Source: Desulfatiglandales bacterium
GTDB taxonomy: Bacteria > Desulfobacterota > DSM-4660 > Desulfatiglandales > HGW-15
Assembly (NCBI GenBank): GCA_963667015.2
Contig: CAXXJJ010000001.1
Location: 1,568,001-1,632,000 of the forward strand
Reading direction: 5' to 3'
Length of the DNA: 64,000 nt
The notes beneath the pieces are model-generated. The model saw only the letters and a list, made by a program, of their open reading frames with translations. It was not told the DNA's origin and searched no databases. A program made the position numbers and the translations under genes. Shown here one piece after another: positions 41,503 to 52,012 of the stretch. Numbering within the stretch: position 1 is the first letter of the stretch; each line of letters opens with the position of its first letter.

Positions 41503-42237
41503 ATGTATCCTGAAACACAAATGCTATCAGTATTGAATATTTCAGAAATATGTGATGTGGCGAGAAGCACTGCATCCTACTGGATTACCCGGAAGGGGCT
41601 TCCGGCCCAGCGTTCGGGCAATAAATTCTGGGTCTCTATGGAAGATCTGATATTATTTCTTGAATCCATAGGGCGTCCGGTACCCCAGACCCTTGTTGAA
41701 GGCATTGGAGGGGCACATTCCCATCCATTTAAAACATATCAAAACTGCTGGAATTACTGGCAAAAGGGGAATCATAGCGAGAATTGTGAAGGCTGTGAGG
41801 TCTTCAGGTATAAGATCAGCGAATGTTTTACCTTAACAGACAACAGAACAAAATGCTCGGTCAGTTGTTCCAGCTGCCAGTACTATTATGAACATTATAC
41901 TCAGTACACTTCATTTATTCATCAGATGCCCATGCCTGCTGCAGTATTGAAGGATATGTACATCTGGAGCGGGAACAATGCGTGGGCGGATCTTTGCGGG
42001 ATTGATATTGACAGTTTGATAGGCATGGGGATCGAAGAGATTATTCATCCTGAGTCAATCAAGATAATTATTAATTTTAACAAGAAGATACATCGGGGTG
42101 ACAATAATGGTTTCCTGAGATCCGATGTGTTTTTTGAAAATCAATATGGCGGAAAAATAAAGGTTAATCTGGCTATGTCTAGTTTAAAGCAACCTGAGGG
42201 CGCATATTTTGCCGTTGTTGACAATATTCTTTTATGA
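41503..42237 (+). CDS. HTH_17 + Cys-rich + PAS domain regulator
   Basis: N-terminal HTH_17-like, CW..W..C..C..CF..C...C..C.YY segment, PAS-like C-terminus. Confidence 0.7.
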   Translation: MYPETQMLSVLNISEICDVARSTASYWITRKGLPAQRSGNKFWVSMEDLILFLESIGRPVPQTLVEGIGGAHSHPFKTYQNCWNYWQKGNHSENCEGCEVFRYKISECFTLTDNRTKCSVSCSSCQYYYEHYTQYTSFIHQMPMPAAVLKDMYIWSGNNAWADLCGIDIDSLIGMGIEEIIHPESIKIIINFNKKIHRGDNNGFLRSDVFFENQYGGKIKVNLAMSSLKQPEGAYFAVVDNILL

Positions 42238-42274
42238 CTGATGCCATGGAAAACAGGATACTAAATCGTTTAAT

Positions 42275-43591
42275 ATGAGAAATATAATGTCTGCAGAAAA
42301 GATAGGCCAGCATCATTTTCAACATGAATTGAATCCTTCTTCATGTGAAGGCGCGGTAGAAAAGCAAAAAGAGGTGTTATCTCACAAGATTGAAGGCAGA
42401 TACCGGTCTTTCTTAGAGGATATTGAACTGGCCTATTTTGAGATTGATAGAGCAGGTAATTTCTCATTTTTTAATAACCCCTTATGTGAGATGCTGGGTT
42501 ATTCAAATGACGATTTGATCGGCAAGAATCTTATGCAGTTTCTGGATAAGGAAAACTCAGGGAGAGTAAAGGCGGAGTTCAGGGAAATATTTGAAACCGG
42601 CAGGCATAAAAACGGGTTTGTTTTTCAGATAGTCAGGAAGGACGGCCTTAAAAGGCTGATCGGTGCATCCATATGTCTGAAAACGGACAGGATGAATCAG
42701 AAGACAGGTTTCAAAGGGATAGCCAGAGATATCTCCGAGCGCAAAAATCATGAAGACAAGCTCAATCAAAACCGCAGGCTGGAGTCTATCGGTCAGCTGG
42801 CTGCAGGTATCACCCATGAGATAAATACGCCTATACAATATATTGGAGATAATATTCAGTTTCTCAAGGATTCATACAGGGACATAACTGGTCTGCTTAA
42901 AAAGTCATTGTCTTTTGTACAGGAGGCTAAAGCCGGATCGATAGAGACGTCAGCCATAGGTGAAATTGAAAAACTGATAATTGATTCTGATGCCGACTAC
43001 CTTCTTACGGAAATTCCAAGGGCTATCGGACAGTCCATTGAAGGACTTCAGCGTGTTTCGAATATAGTATCGGCAATGAAACAATTCTGCCACCCGGGAA
43101 TTGAAGGAAAGCAGGTCGCGGATATAAATAAGGCTGTTGAAAACGTTATTACTGTTGCACGTAATGAATGGAAGTATGCGGCGGATGTAGTAACCGATCT
43201 TGATTCAAGCCTTCCTCCAGTCCCCTGCATGCTGGGCGAGATAAATCAGGTTATCCTCAACCTGATTATTAATGCAGTCCACGCCATCAAGGATGCTGTC
43301 AGGCCTGATGAAAATGGTAAGGGAATAATAAGAGTAAGTACAACCCATGATGATTCATGGGTTGAAATACGTGTCAGTGACTCGGGAACAGGTATTCCAA
43401 AGAAAATCAGGTCAAAGATTTTTGATCCTTTTTTTACAACCAAGGAAGTGGGAACCGGAACCGGCCAGGGACTGGCCATTTCGCACTCAATAATTGTCAA
43501 TAATCATGGAGGGGTTTTAGATTTTGAAACAGAGGAAGGCACCGGAACTACAATGATTATCCGCCTGCCTTTGAGGGGGCAAGATGAATAA
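42275..43591 (+). CDS. PAS sensor histidine kinase (NtrB-like)
   Basis: [13 protein letters not shown]-box, N box, [19 protein letters not shown]. Confidence 0.9.
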   Translation: MRNIMSAEKIGQHHFQHELNPSSCEGAVEKQKEVLSHKIEGRYRSFLEDIELAYFEIDRAGNFSFFNNPLCEMLGYSNDDLIGKNLMQFLDKENSGRVKAEFREIFETGRHKNGFVFQIVRKDGLKRLIGASICLKTDRMNQKTGFKGIARDISERKNHEDKLNQNRRLESIGQLAAGITHEINTPIQYIGDNIQFLKDSYRDITGLLKKSLSFVQEAKAGSIETSAIGEIEKLIIDSDADYLLTEIPRAIGQSIEGLQRVSNIVSAMKQFCHPGIEGKQVADINKAVENVITVARNEWKYAADVVTDLDSSLPPVPCMLGEINQVILNLIINAVHAIKDAVRPDENGKGIIRVSTTHDDSWVEIRVSDSGTGIPKKIRSKIFDPFFTTKEVGTGTGQGLAISHSIIVNNHGGVLDFETEEGTGTTMIIRLPLRGQDE

Positions 43592-44813
43592 TACTTATCC
43601 GCATGAGATAAAAAGAAATGTATTATTTGTTGATGATGAGCCCATGGTACTTCAGGGCTTGGGCAGGATGCTCAGGTCAGAAAGGAATAATTTCAATACA
43701 TCCTTTGCTGCGAGCGGTCCTGAGGCATTGTCATTGCTGGCTAAAGAGCATTTTGATGTTGTCGTAACCGATATAAGTATGCCTCAAATGACGGGTCTGC
43801 AGCTGCTGGCAGAGGTTAAGGACCTCTATCCCGATACTGTAAGGATTATTTTATCAGGAGAGCCGGACCTGGAAATGTCCATGAAGTCTGTAAATGTGTC
43901 TCATCGCTTTCTCAATAAGCCCTGCGACCCGGAGGTATTGAAATCCACTATCCTGAGAACCTGCAGGCTTTCCGATTTTTTAAGAAATGATTCAATGAAA
44001 AAGACCTTGACCCGGATAGATTCTTTACCCAGTATGCCGTCTATATATCTTGAAATAACAGAAGAATTGCAATCCCGGGATGCATCAATTCAAAGGGTCG
44101 GAAAGATTATTTCAAGGGATGTGGCTCTGACATCAAAGATTCTTCAACTGGTTAATTCCGCTTATTTTTCATTGCCCAGACACATTTCGAGTCCTGAACA
44201 TGCTGCGATTCTGCTGGGGATCAATATTATTAAATCCCTTGTTCTGGTTTCTCAGATTTTTAAAAAATTCGAATCAATAGATATGCCCGGGAATTTTATG
44301 CAGTCTTTATGGTCACATAATATTCTGACGGGTAATCTTGCAAAGGCTATAGCAAAAGAGGAATCAAGGGACCAGAAGATAATTGACAATTCATTTATCG
44401 CAGGACTGCTTCACGATTGTGGAAAACTGATACTGGCATCAAATTTCTCTGAAGAATATCGGGAGATAATCCAAAACAGCTATGAAGATTCCAGACCATT
44501 ATGGTCGGTAGAAGAAGAGACACTCGGTATTACTCATGCAGAGGTTGGCGCTTACCTAATGGAATTATGGGGACTGCCGTCAAACATCATTGAAGCGATC
44601 GCCTTTCACCATCATCCATCCATGTATGGAGACAAAGATTTCAGTCCTTTAACTGCTGTGCATATAGCCAACACACTGGGGCATGAAGATGATGATACAG
44701 ATGATGGGTTTCAGATGGATTTTGATTTTAATTATCTGGCGGACATGAACCTTGAGAACAAGACGAAAAGCTGGGAAATAATCCGGCAAAATATAATAAA
44801 CGGAGCTGCTTAA
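43584..44813 (+). CDS. Response regulator with HDOD domain
   Basis: LFVDDE..D.SMP..KP receiver; LPSMP, LVNSAYF, AGLLHDCGKL, THAEVGA.L...WGLP. Confidence 0.9.
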   Translation: MNNTYPHEIKRNVLFVDDEPMVLQGLGRMLRSERNNFNTSFAASGPEALSLLAKEHFDVVVTDISMPQMTGLQLLAEVKDLYPDTVRIILSGEPDLEMSMKSVNVSHRFLNKPCDPEVLKSTILRTCRLSDFLRNDSMKKTLTRIDSLPSMPSIYLEITEELQSRDASIQRVGKIISRDVALTSKILQLVNSAYFSLPRHISSPEHAAILLGINIIKSLVLVSQIFKKFESIDMPGNFMQSLWSHNILTGNLAKAIAKEESRDQKIIDNSFIAGLLHDCGKLILASNFSEEYREIIQNSYEDSRPLWSVEEETLGITHAEVGAYLMELWGLPSNIIEAIAFHHHPSMYGDKDFSPLTAVHIANTLGHEDDDTDDGFQMDFDFNYLADMNLENKTKSWEIIRQNIINGAA

Positions 44814-44814
44814 A

Positions 44815-45915
44815 ATGGAAACCCGGATACTGTTTGTAGATGATGATTCGAATATACTTGATGGCTATAAAAGGCAATTGAGGAAACAGTTTACTATTGA
44901 AACTGCAGAGGGCGGTGAAAAGGGTCTCCAGATAATTAAAAATAATGGCCCCTTTGCTGTGATAGTATCGGATCTAAAGATGCCGGGAATGGATGGTAAT
45001 CGGTTTCTGGCACATGTGAAAGAAATATCCCCCGAAAGTACAAGGATATTGCTTACAGGTTATGCGGACCTGAGAAGCACAATTGACGCAATTAATAATG
45101 GGAGTATTTTCCGGTTACTGACCAAACCGTGCGACAGGATGGATCTGATTCAGGCGCTGGAAAACGGGATTGAGCAATATCTGAAAAATGTAAGGTCAAA
45201 GGCAGGTAATGATGTACCAGACAGCCTTTCCAGAAAAAAGGTATTGATTGTGGATGATGACCCTTCCACGGTCAGGCTTCTCCAGAAATCACTCAAAGAT
45301 ATAGAGGGGCTTGAGATACATACTGCCGAGGACGGAAGAAAGGCAATAAATCTTCTGAACAGCATGAATTTTGATCTTTTGGTATGTGATATTCATATGC
45401 CCCAGATAAACGGCCTGCAACTCCTGAATTATGTAAATAAACATATCCAGGGAATACGCGTTATAGTTCTGACAGGCGAAAGCTCGGAAACAATGGAAGA
45501 TAAAATTAAATCCATAGGCACCTACCAGTTCTACGAAAAACCCCTGGATATGAATGTCTTTAAAGACAGTGTCATCAGGGAGCTGCGTTCGACCATTACC
45601 AGTCAGATACATGGAATCAACATCTCCTCATTCCTGCAGCTGATAGATATTGAAGGTAAGATCTGTACTCTTACCGTGAGATCACATGGCAATGTAGGCT
45701 ACCTCTATTTTCGTAATGGAGAGCTGATAGCCGCTGAAACCGGAGAACAGAGAGGAGAACCGGCTGCATTAAATATTATAAGCTGGAATAACAGTATTAT
45801 TGAGTTAGCTGATATATGTCAGAAAAATAAACGGGAGATTGAAAAGCCGCTTATGCAGATTCTTATGGAGAGTGCAAGGCTAAAAGATGAGGAAAGCATG
45901 GCGGCGGAGGTTTAG
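44815..45915 (+). CDS. Double receiver + DUF4388 response regulator
   Basis: Two REC domains; C-terminal FLQLI..E.K.CTL..G.LYF.NGEL..A..G..AAL.IISW. Confidence 0.85.
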   Translation: METRILFVDDDSNILDGYKRQLRKQFTIETAEGGEKGLQIIKNNGPFAVIVSDLKMPGMDGNRFLAHVKEISPESTRILLTGYADLRSTIDAINNGSIFRLLTKPCDRMDLIQALENGIEQYLKNVRSKAGNDVPDSLSRKKVLIVDDDPSTVRLLQKSLKDIEGLEIHTAEDGRKAINLLNSMNFDLLVCDIHMPQINGLQLLNYVNKHIQGIRVIVLTGESSETMEDKIKSIGTYQFYEKPLDMNVFKDSVIRELRSTITSQIHGINISSFLQLIDIEGKICTLTVRSHGNVGYLYFRNGELIAAETGEQRGEPAALNIISWNNSIIELADICQKNKREIEKPLMQILMESARLKDEESMAAEV

Positions 45916-45916
45916 T

Positions 45917-47014
45917 ATGTCTAGAATTATAACAGTAACAAGCGGCAAAGGCGGTGTAGGTAAAACCAATATCAGTGTAAACGCCGCTCTTTATCTTGCA
46001 GCCCAGGGGTATAGTACATGCCTCTTTGATGCGGACATGGGACTTGCAAATGTAGATATCCTTCTTGGGTATTACCCTGAATTTACACTTGAAGATGTTC
46101 TTGAGAAGAGGAAAGACATCAGGGATATCATTATAAAAACTCCTTCGGGGCTCGATATAATCCCGGGCAGTTCAGGAGTGAAGATGCTTGCAGACCCTGA
46201 ACCTGACCAGGTGGAAGATTTAATAGAATCATTATCAGCTCTTGATGAGTATGATTTCTTTATTTTTGATACATCCGCAGGAATTTCAAAAAGCGTAGTA
46301 TCATTCTGTATGACATCACCCGAAATCGTTCTGGTAATAACACCGGAGCCAACTTCTATTACAGATGCTTATGCCCTTCTGAAAATACTCTGTTTAAATA
46401 AGATAGACAGCACTGTAATGATTGCCATCAACCAGTGTATGAGCATGGAGGTTGCCAATAAACTATATTCAAAATTCAAAGAGGTTGTTCATAAAAATCT
46501 CAATATAGACATTTTCCCACTTGGAACTATTCCTCTTGATCCCCATGTATCAAAGGCTGTAAAGCAGCAGGAACCGCTGATTTCTGTTTTCCCCAATTCT
46601 GACGCAGCAAAGGGAATAAAAAATATTGCGAGGTATCTTGTCACTAAAGGTGCCACCGAGCTTAATAATTATGACCTGGAAGACTTCTGGAGAAAATGCC
46701 TTGAGCGGATGAACGGTGATATTATACTGACAAATAACAAAAATAGAAAGAAAGCAGGCGCAGTTCCGGGGGAGCTCTCCCTGGAACATAAGAAAAAACT
46801 GAGAACTCAGGATGTAGAATCTTCCGGAAAGATCAAATTTGCTGAATCTCCTGTTCAGACGAATAAGAGTGATGGGGTGCCTGTAAATAAAGAACAGATA
46901 GATACTAACCATGTTTTTAAAATGCTTGAAGGCCTTGTGGAAGGGATATCGACAATATCATCTGAACTTGGCGCTATTCGTAAAATTATGGAGAGTGATA
47001 GAACCCGTTTGTAA
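45917..47014 (+). CDS. MinD/FlhG-family ATPase with C-terminal extension
   Basis: TSGKGGVGKT, DADMGLANVD, DTSAGI, TPEPTSITDAY. Confidence 0.85.
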   Translation: MSRIITVTSGKGGVGKTNISVNAALYLAAQGYSTCLFDADMGLANVDILLGYYPEFTLEDVLEKRKDIRDIIIKTPSGLDIIPGSSGVKMLADPEPDQVEDLIESLSALDEYDFFIFDTSAGISKSVVSFCMTSPEIVLVITPEPTSITDAYALLKILCLNKIDSTVMIAINQCMSMEVANKLYSKFKEVVHKNLNIDIFPLGTIPLDPHVSKAVKQQEPLISVFPNSDAAKGIKNIARYLVTKGATELNNYDLEDFWRKCLERMNGDIILTNNKNRKKAGAVPGELSLEHKKKLRTQDVESSGKIKFAESPVQTNKSDGVPVNKEQIDTNHVFKMLEGLVEGISTISSELGAIRKIMESDRTRL

Positions 47015-47110
47015 GAGGGTCGGTATATCATGAAGATTAATGGGCTGGATCTGACTTATATTACTAAAATGATATCTTACTATTCATGAAAGCCTAACAG
47101 GGATAATATT

Positions 47111-47716
47111 TTGGCATTTATAAATTTTAATAAAAAAGAAATTCAGGCGAAGATAGTTTATTACGGACCCGGCAGAGGCGGAAAGACCACAAATCTTGAG
47201 TATATACACCGGGAACATAAAGACCAGATCAAAACCGAGATGATTACCGTAAAGACAAAGGGCGACAGGACCCTGTTTTTTGATTTTCTGCCTCTTAATG
47301 TAGGGGCCATCAATGGGTACTCACTCAAGTTCCAGTTATACACCGTTCCCGGGCAGGTCATGTATAACGAAACAAGGAAACTTGTGTTAAGGGGAGCCGA
47401 CGGAATTGTATTTGTTGCAGACTCTCTTGCCATGAGAAAAGAGAAAAATATGATCTCTTTAAAGAACCTTCAGGAAAACTTAAGCTCCTATAATAAAAAT
47501 ATTTTTAAAATCCCTCTGGTAATGCAGTTTAACAAGAGAGATCTGGAAAATCAGGGAATCCCGTTGACACCTGTGGAGTCGCTCCAGAAAAGTCTTAACA
47601 GTAAATTAAAGGTCCCATGGTTTGAGGCCAGTGCCATGGAAGGTACCAATGTCCTGGCAACATTGAAACAGATTGTTTCCCTGACTGCCAAATCAATTTC
47701 AAAAGAACTACAATAG
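47111..47716 (+). CDS. mglA: MglA-family small GTPase
   Basis: KIVYYGPG.GGKTTNL, RTLFFDFLP, LYTVPGQ, NKRD. Confidence 0.9.
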   Translation: MAFINFNKKEIQAKIVYYGPGRGGKTTNLEYIHREHKDQIKTEMITVKTKGDRTLFFDFLPLNVGAINGYSLKFQLYTVPGQVMYNETRKLVLRGADGIVFVADSLAMRKEKNMISLKNLQENLSSYNKNIFKIPLVMQFNKRDLENQGIPLTPVESLQKSLNSKLKVPWFEASAMEGTNVLATLKQIVSLTAKSISKELQ

Positions 47717-47741
47717 GTGAGGATAATACGGGTTATTAGAT

Positions 47742-50120
47742 ATGGGTACAGCAACTGATATAAACAGTAAAATGCAGGAAGCCGAAGTATATCACTCCAT
47801 GGGATTACCCAAAGAGTCTCTGGTCCTGTATGAGGGAATATTGACAACTATCCCCTCTCAGGATGGCAAGGCCTATACGGATATTCAGAAAAAGATCAAT
47901 ATCCTTAAAGAGGAGATAAAAGAGAAATATCCCGAGGAATTTGAAGGCCTGACAGAAGAAGATGTAACCGGGATACAGGAGCAGCTGATCTCGGCAGATG
48001 ATAATGCCCCGGCTATTAATGACACTGCATATGCATTTAAAGAGCTCGGACTATACAGGGAAGCGATTACCGAATATGAGAAACTTTGTTCTCTTGACTA
48101 CCCTGTTGAAACAATTATTCCCGACCTGTGCGATTGTCTGTTTAAGCTTTATCCTTCAATGGAAATTATTCTTCAGGCAGATAATTTTTTTAAAAAGTTC
48201 AATTTTGGAGATGAACAGCTAGCTGAAGTCAAATATCAGCTTGGCCTTGAACTAGAAAAAAGAGACAGCAAGGAACAGGCCCTTTATTATTATGAAACAG
48301 CCTCTGAGCTGGACCCTAAAAATGAAGATATCAAGAGGCGATTGAACGCTCTTGCAGCCCATTTTGCAACGGGTTCCAAATATGATTATCTCCTGAACAA
48401 TAACATAATAACAACCGAACAACTGCTTGATTCTCTAGCCATTGCAAAGAAAAACAAGAGCAGCGTCGAACATGTTCTTGTCACCCAGTTTAAGGTAAGC
48501 AGAGAAGATATCGGTGTATCTCTTACCGGATGCTACAGACATCCCTTCAGGGGATTTGATCCTGATGCCCCGACTCCTGTTGAACTTCTTACTAATTTAA
48601 AGAAATCTTTTCTCCTGCAGGATCTGTGGGTGCCGCTCGGCTGGGAAAAAGACACCATACAGGTGTTGATTGATGATCCTATCAACCTGAATAAGATAGA
48701 TGTTGTAACTGCCCTTCTTAAGGCTAAAAAGGCCGAATTTTTTATCGGATACAAGGAAGACATAGAGGCATATATTAAGCTGTTTTTTGATAAGAAAAGG
48801 GCCACTGATGAAGAGGATGCATCCGGTTCAAATTTTGATGATTTCGATTTAATGCCTGATATCTCCTTTGAAGAAGAGGAGGAAAATTATGAGGAGAATA
48901 TAGACGAATTTACCGAGGCGTCGGGAAAGGTTGTAAAGCTTGTTGATCAGATCCTTGTAGCGGCATACAGAAAAAATACATCTGATATTCATATTGAACC
49001 GTCTCCGCTCACAAAGGCAACACTTGTCCGGTTCAGGCTGGATGGTGTCTGTCAGGAGTATATCCAGGTCCCCAACACCATGGCAAAGGGTATTATATCC
49101 AGAATAAAAATAATGGCAGGGCTTGATATCGCGGAGAGGCGGCTGCCGCAGGACGGTAAGATAAAATTTAAAAGAAAAGGTATACCGGGCTTTGAACTCA
49201 GGGTTGCGACTCTTCCGACTGCCGGCGGATATGAAGATGCTGTAATGAGGATACTTGCCAAGGCAGGGGCAATGAATCTGGATAATATGGGTTTAAGCCA
49301 GCGTAACCTTGACGTTATGAAAAAAATTATACATCAGCCCTATGGCCTTGTTCTTGTGGTGGGGCCTACAGGATCGGGTAAAACCACATCTCTACACAGC
49401 GCACTGGGTTATATTAATAAACCTGGCATAAAGATATGGACGGCTGAGGATCCGGTTGAAATAACACAGCAGGGTATGAGACAGGTGGAGGCCCATCCAA
49501 AAATCGGCCTTGATTTTGCGCGAATTATGCGTGCTTTCCTGAGGGCTGACCCGGATGTAATAATGATCGGTGAAATGCGTGACAATGAGACTGCATCAAT
49601 TGGTATTGAGGCATCCCTTACCGGTCACCTTGTTTTATCAACACTCCATACAAACAGTGCCCCTGAAACAATTACCAGGCTTCTTGATATGGGGCTCAAC
49701 CCTCTTAATTTTTCCGATGCATTTCTTGGTGTTATGGCCCAGCGGCTTGTAAGACGTCTGTGTGATAAATGCAGGAAGGAATATCACCCCTCGAAGGAAG
49801 AGTTTGAAGAGCTCATTCTGGATTACGGAAGAGAGCAGTTTGAAAAAACCGGGCTCAAATATACAAACGACTTTACACTTTATAAACCCGGCGGTTGTGA
49901 TGTGTGCTCAGGAACCGGTTATAAGGGACGGCTCGGCATCCATGAACTTATGGAAGGAACCCCGGAAATAAAGCGGATGATAAAAAAGCAGTCTAACAGT
50001 GAAGAGCTGTTTGCACAGGCCATGAATGACGGCATGACCACTCTCAGACAGGACGGAATATTAAAGGCAATTCAGGGATTGACGGATATAAGTGAAGTAA
50101 GAAGGGTCTGTGTGGGGTAG
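47742..50120 (+). CDS. PilB/GspE-family ATPase with N-terminal TPR region
   Basis: SDIHIEP, ERRLPQDG, GPTGSGKT, EDPVE, LRADPD, GHLVLSTLHTN, CxxC...CxxC. Confidence 0.85.
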   Translation: MGTATDINSKMQEAEVYHSMGLPKESLVLYEGILTTIPSQDGKAYTDIQKKINILKEEIKEKYPEEFEGLTEEDVTGIQEQLISADDNAPAINDTAYAFKELGLYREAITEYEKLCSLDYPVETIIPDLCDCLFKLYPSMEIILQADNFFKKFNFGDEQLAEVKYQLGLELEKRDSKEQALYYYETASELDPKNEDIKRRLNALAAHFATGSKYDYLLNNNIITTEQLLDSLAIAKKNKSSVEHVLVTQFKVSREDIGVSLTGCYRHPFRGFDPDAPTPVELLTNLKKSFLLQDLWVPLGWEKDTIQVLIDDPINLNKIDVVTALLKAKKAEFFIGYKEDIEAYIKLFFDKKRATDEEDASGSNFDDFDLMPDISFEEEEENYEENIDEFTEASGKVVKLVDQILVAAYRKNTSDIHIEPSPLTKATLVRFRLDGVCQEYIQVPNTMAKGIISRIKIMAGLDIAERRLPQDGKIKFKRKGIPGFELRVATLPTAGGYEDAVMRILAKAGAMNLDNMGLSQRNLDVMKKIIHQPYGLVLVVGPTGSGKTTSLHSALGYINKPGIKIWTAEDPVEITQQGMRQVEAHPKIGLDFARIMRAFLRADPDVIMIGEMRDNETASIGIEASLTGHLVLSTLHTNSAPETITRLLDMGLNPLNFSDAFLGVMAQRLVRRLCDKCRKEYHPSKEEFEELILDYGREQFEKTGLKYTNDFTLYKPGGCDVCSGTGYKGRLGIHELMEGTPEIKRMIKKQSNSEELFAQAMNDGMTTLRQDGILKAIQGLTDISEVRRVCVG

Positions 50121-50346
50121 CTGCAAAATAGAAGAATTCCTGTCTGGAGATAATGGCAAAAAAGAATTTATCCTGTGGATACTTCTACTGTTTACGGTGT
50201 AACTTGCGTGTGATTTAACATATGGTATGTCAAATAAAAGCAAATGCTGAAAACTGCCAGGAAAATTCGAAGTCATCAGATATAACATGACATGAAACTG
50301 TGTATATGGTAATTATTTACAGAATTATCAATTATGAGAAACCGGT

Positions 50347-51396
50347 ATGCCTGACAAAGAAAAAAAGAGACTGACAGAGACTGTAAAAGGGTCGGGTTGA
50401 GCATCAAAGCTGGGTCCGGCGGACCTTGCAAAAGCCCTTTGCGGTCTTGAACTGCCCTACAGTGCGGATGTGATCGTTGGCCTTGATACATCCGATGATG
50501 CAGGTGTGCTCAAGCTCAGTGATGATCTTGCCATTATTCAGACCGTGGATTTCTTTACCCCTGTTGTGGACGACCCATACTCATTTGGACTTATCGCGGC
50601 CGCCAATGCACTGAGTGATGTATATGCCATGGGCGGACAACCTATCACGGCAATGAATATTATCGCCTTTCCTGTCAGCACATTGGATATAAGTGTGCTT
50701 CAGGAAGCATTAAGGGGAGGTCTCGATAAAATCAAGGAGGCCGGAGCACTCCTTTTGGGCGGTCACAGTGTTGAGGATGAAGAGTTCAAGTACGGCCTTT
50801 CAGTTACAGGAAAGGTGCATCCTGATAAGGTCCTTGCAAACAGGGGAGGGAGACCCGGTGACCTGCTTGTCCTTACAAAGCCCCTGGGTATAGGTATTAT
50901 AAATACTGCTATCAAGGGAAACATTGCCGGAGAGGACCTTGTTAACAGGGCTGTTAAGATAATGTCTTCGCTAAATAGAGGCCCGGCAGAAGAGTTTGGT
51001 GATTTCCATATTACTGCATGTACAGATGTTACGGGTTTTGGACTTATAGGCCATGCATGCGAGATGATAGATGATAATTCGGCAGGCATAAAACTGTATA
51101 AGGAGAATATTCCAGTCATTCCCGAGGCTGTTGAGTTCGCAGGGATGGGCATTGTTCCTGCCGGCAGCATGAGAAATAAAAAATACAGGGAACACCAGGT
51201 TGAAGGAATTAATGATATTGATCCTGTTATGCTTGATATCTTATTCGATCCCCAGACATCCGGTGGGCTCCTTATCGCCCTTCCGGAAAATGAAGCTCAT
51301 GAGCTGGTAAAAAGATTGAAGCAAAAGGGAATAGAGACCGCCGCCATTGTAGGTGAATTCACGGATTCTTCCAGAGGAAAAATACTGATCCGATAG
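50347..51396 (+). CDS. selD: Selenide,water dikinase, Sec-containing (TGA 50398-50400)
   Basis: MPDKEKKRLTETVKGSG-U-ASKLGP in frame with ORF 50470; DDAGV, QTVDFFTP, DVTGFGL, DPQTSGGLL. Confidence 0.95.
50401..50430 (+). promoter_or_regulatory. Putative SECIS of selD
   Basis: GGTCC-ggc-GGACC hairpin just 3' of the TGA. Confidence 0.7.
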
Positions 51397-51725
51397 AATG
51401 ATTTTAAAAGCTTAAACACCCCATCGCTGGATTTATTGGTTTCCGGAAGTTATTTTTCTTTTCTGTCTTTACCTGCATCAGCTTCATAAGTGTCTGGTAA
51501 TTCGGGATGATGTGACTATTTTTTCAGGCACTTTTACCTTCCGGATGTTTAACTATCCCATTTTGTACGCAGTATTTGTGTGAAATATTTGATCTGATTC
51601 AGGAAAACCTTGTCGCTTAAACATGATATCGGGGTAAAATAGGCTATATAATCATACTATCGAAAGTGTTTGCCTGATAAAATGTTTTAAAAAGTAGACA
51701 TTTAATGGGCCTTCATCTTTCTAAG

Positions 51726-51763
51726 GCACCCCAAAAGTGCACATAAGTGCACTTTTGGGGTGC
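51726..51763. repeat. Perfect 17-bp inverted repeat with 4-nt loop
   Basis: GCACCCCAAAAGTGCAC-ataa-GTGCACTTTTGGGGTGC. Confidence 0.9.
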
Positions 51764-51863
51764 TGGTGCCTATGTTTTCCCTCATGCCGCCTTCAAATCA
51801 CATTGGATTTTCATTAAAATTAAAATTATTTTCCAATTGTTTATTTTCTCTAACAATCTGAAA

Positions 51864-51945
51864 AATCAAAAAGTTACCTGCGGTTTGATTATTTAATTTA
51901 AAGTTGCGAATAATTTTCTGCACACTTATTGGTATTGAAAATGCA
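51864..51945 (+). promoter_or_regulatory. IHF site and sigma54 promoter of the motor operon
   Basis: AATCAAaaagTTA (51864-51876) exact IHF consensus; TGGTATTGAAAATGCA (GG 51931-32, GC 51943-44). Confidence 0.65.
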
Positions 51946-52012
51946 GTGCCAACTCTCCGTAATCTATCCATTTAAAAAAAGTTATTCAAAAGTGACAATA
52001 AAGGAGGACGGC

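Noticed and set aside
51929..52012. N-terminal extension of the TolQ-like ORF from TTG 51929
   Set aside because: Overlaps the sigma54 motif; strong RBS supports ATG 52013
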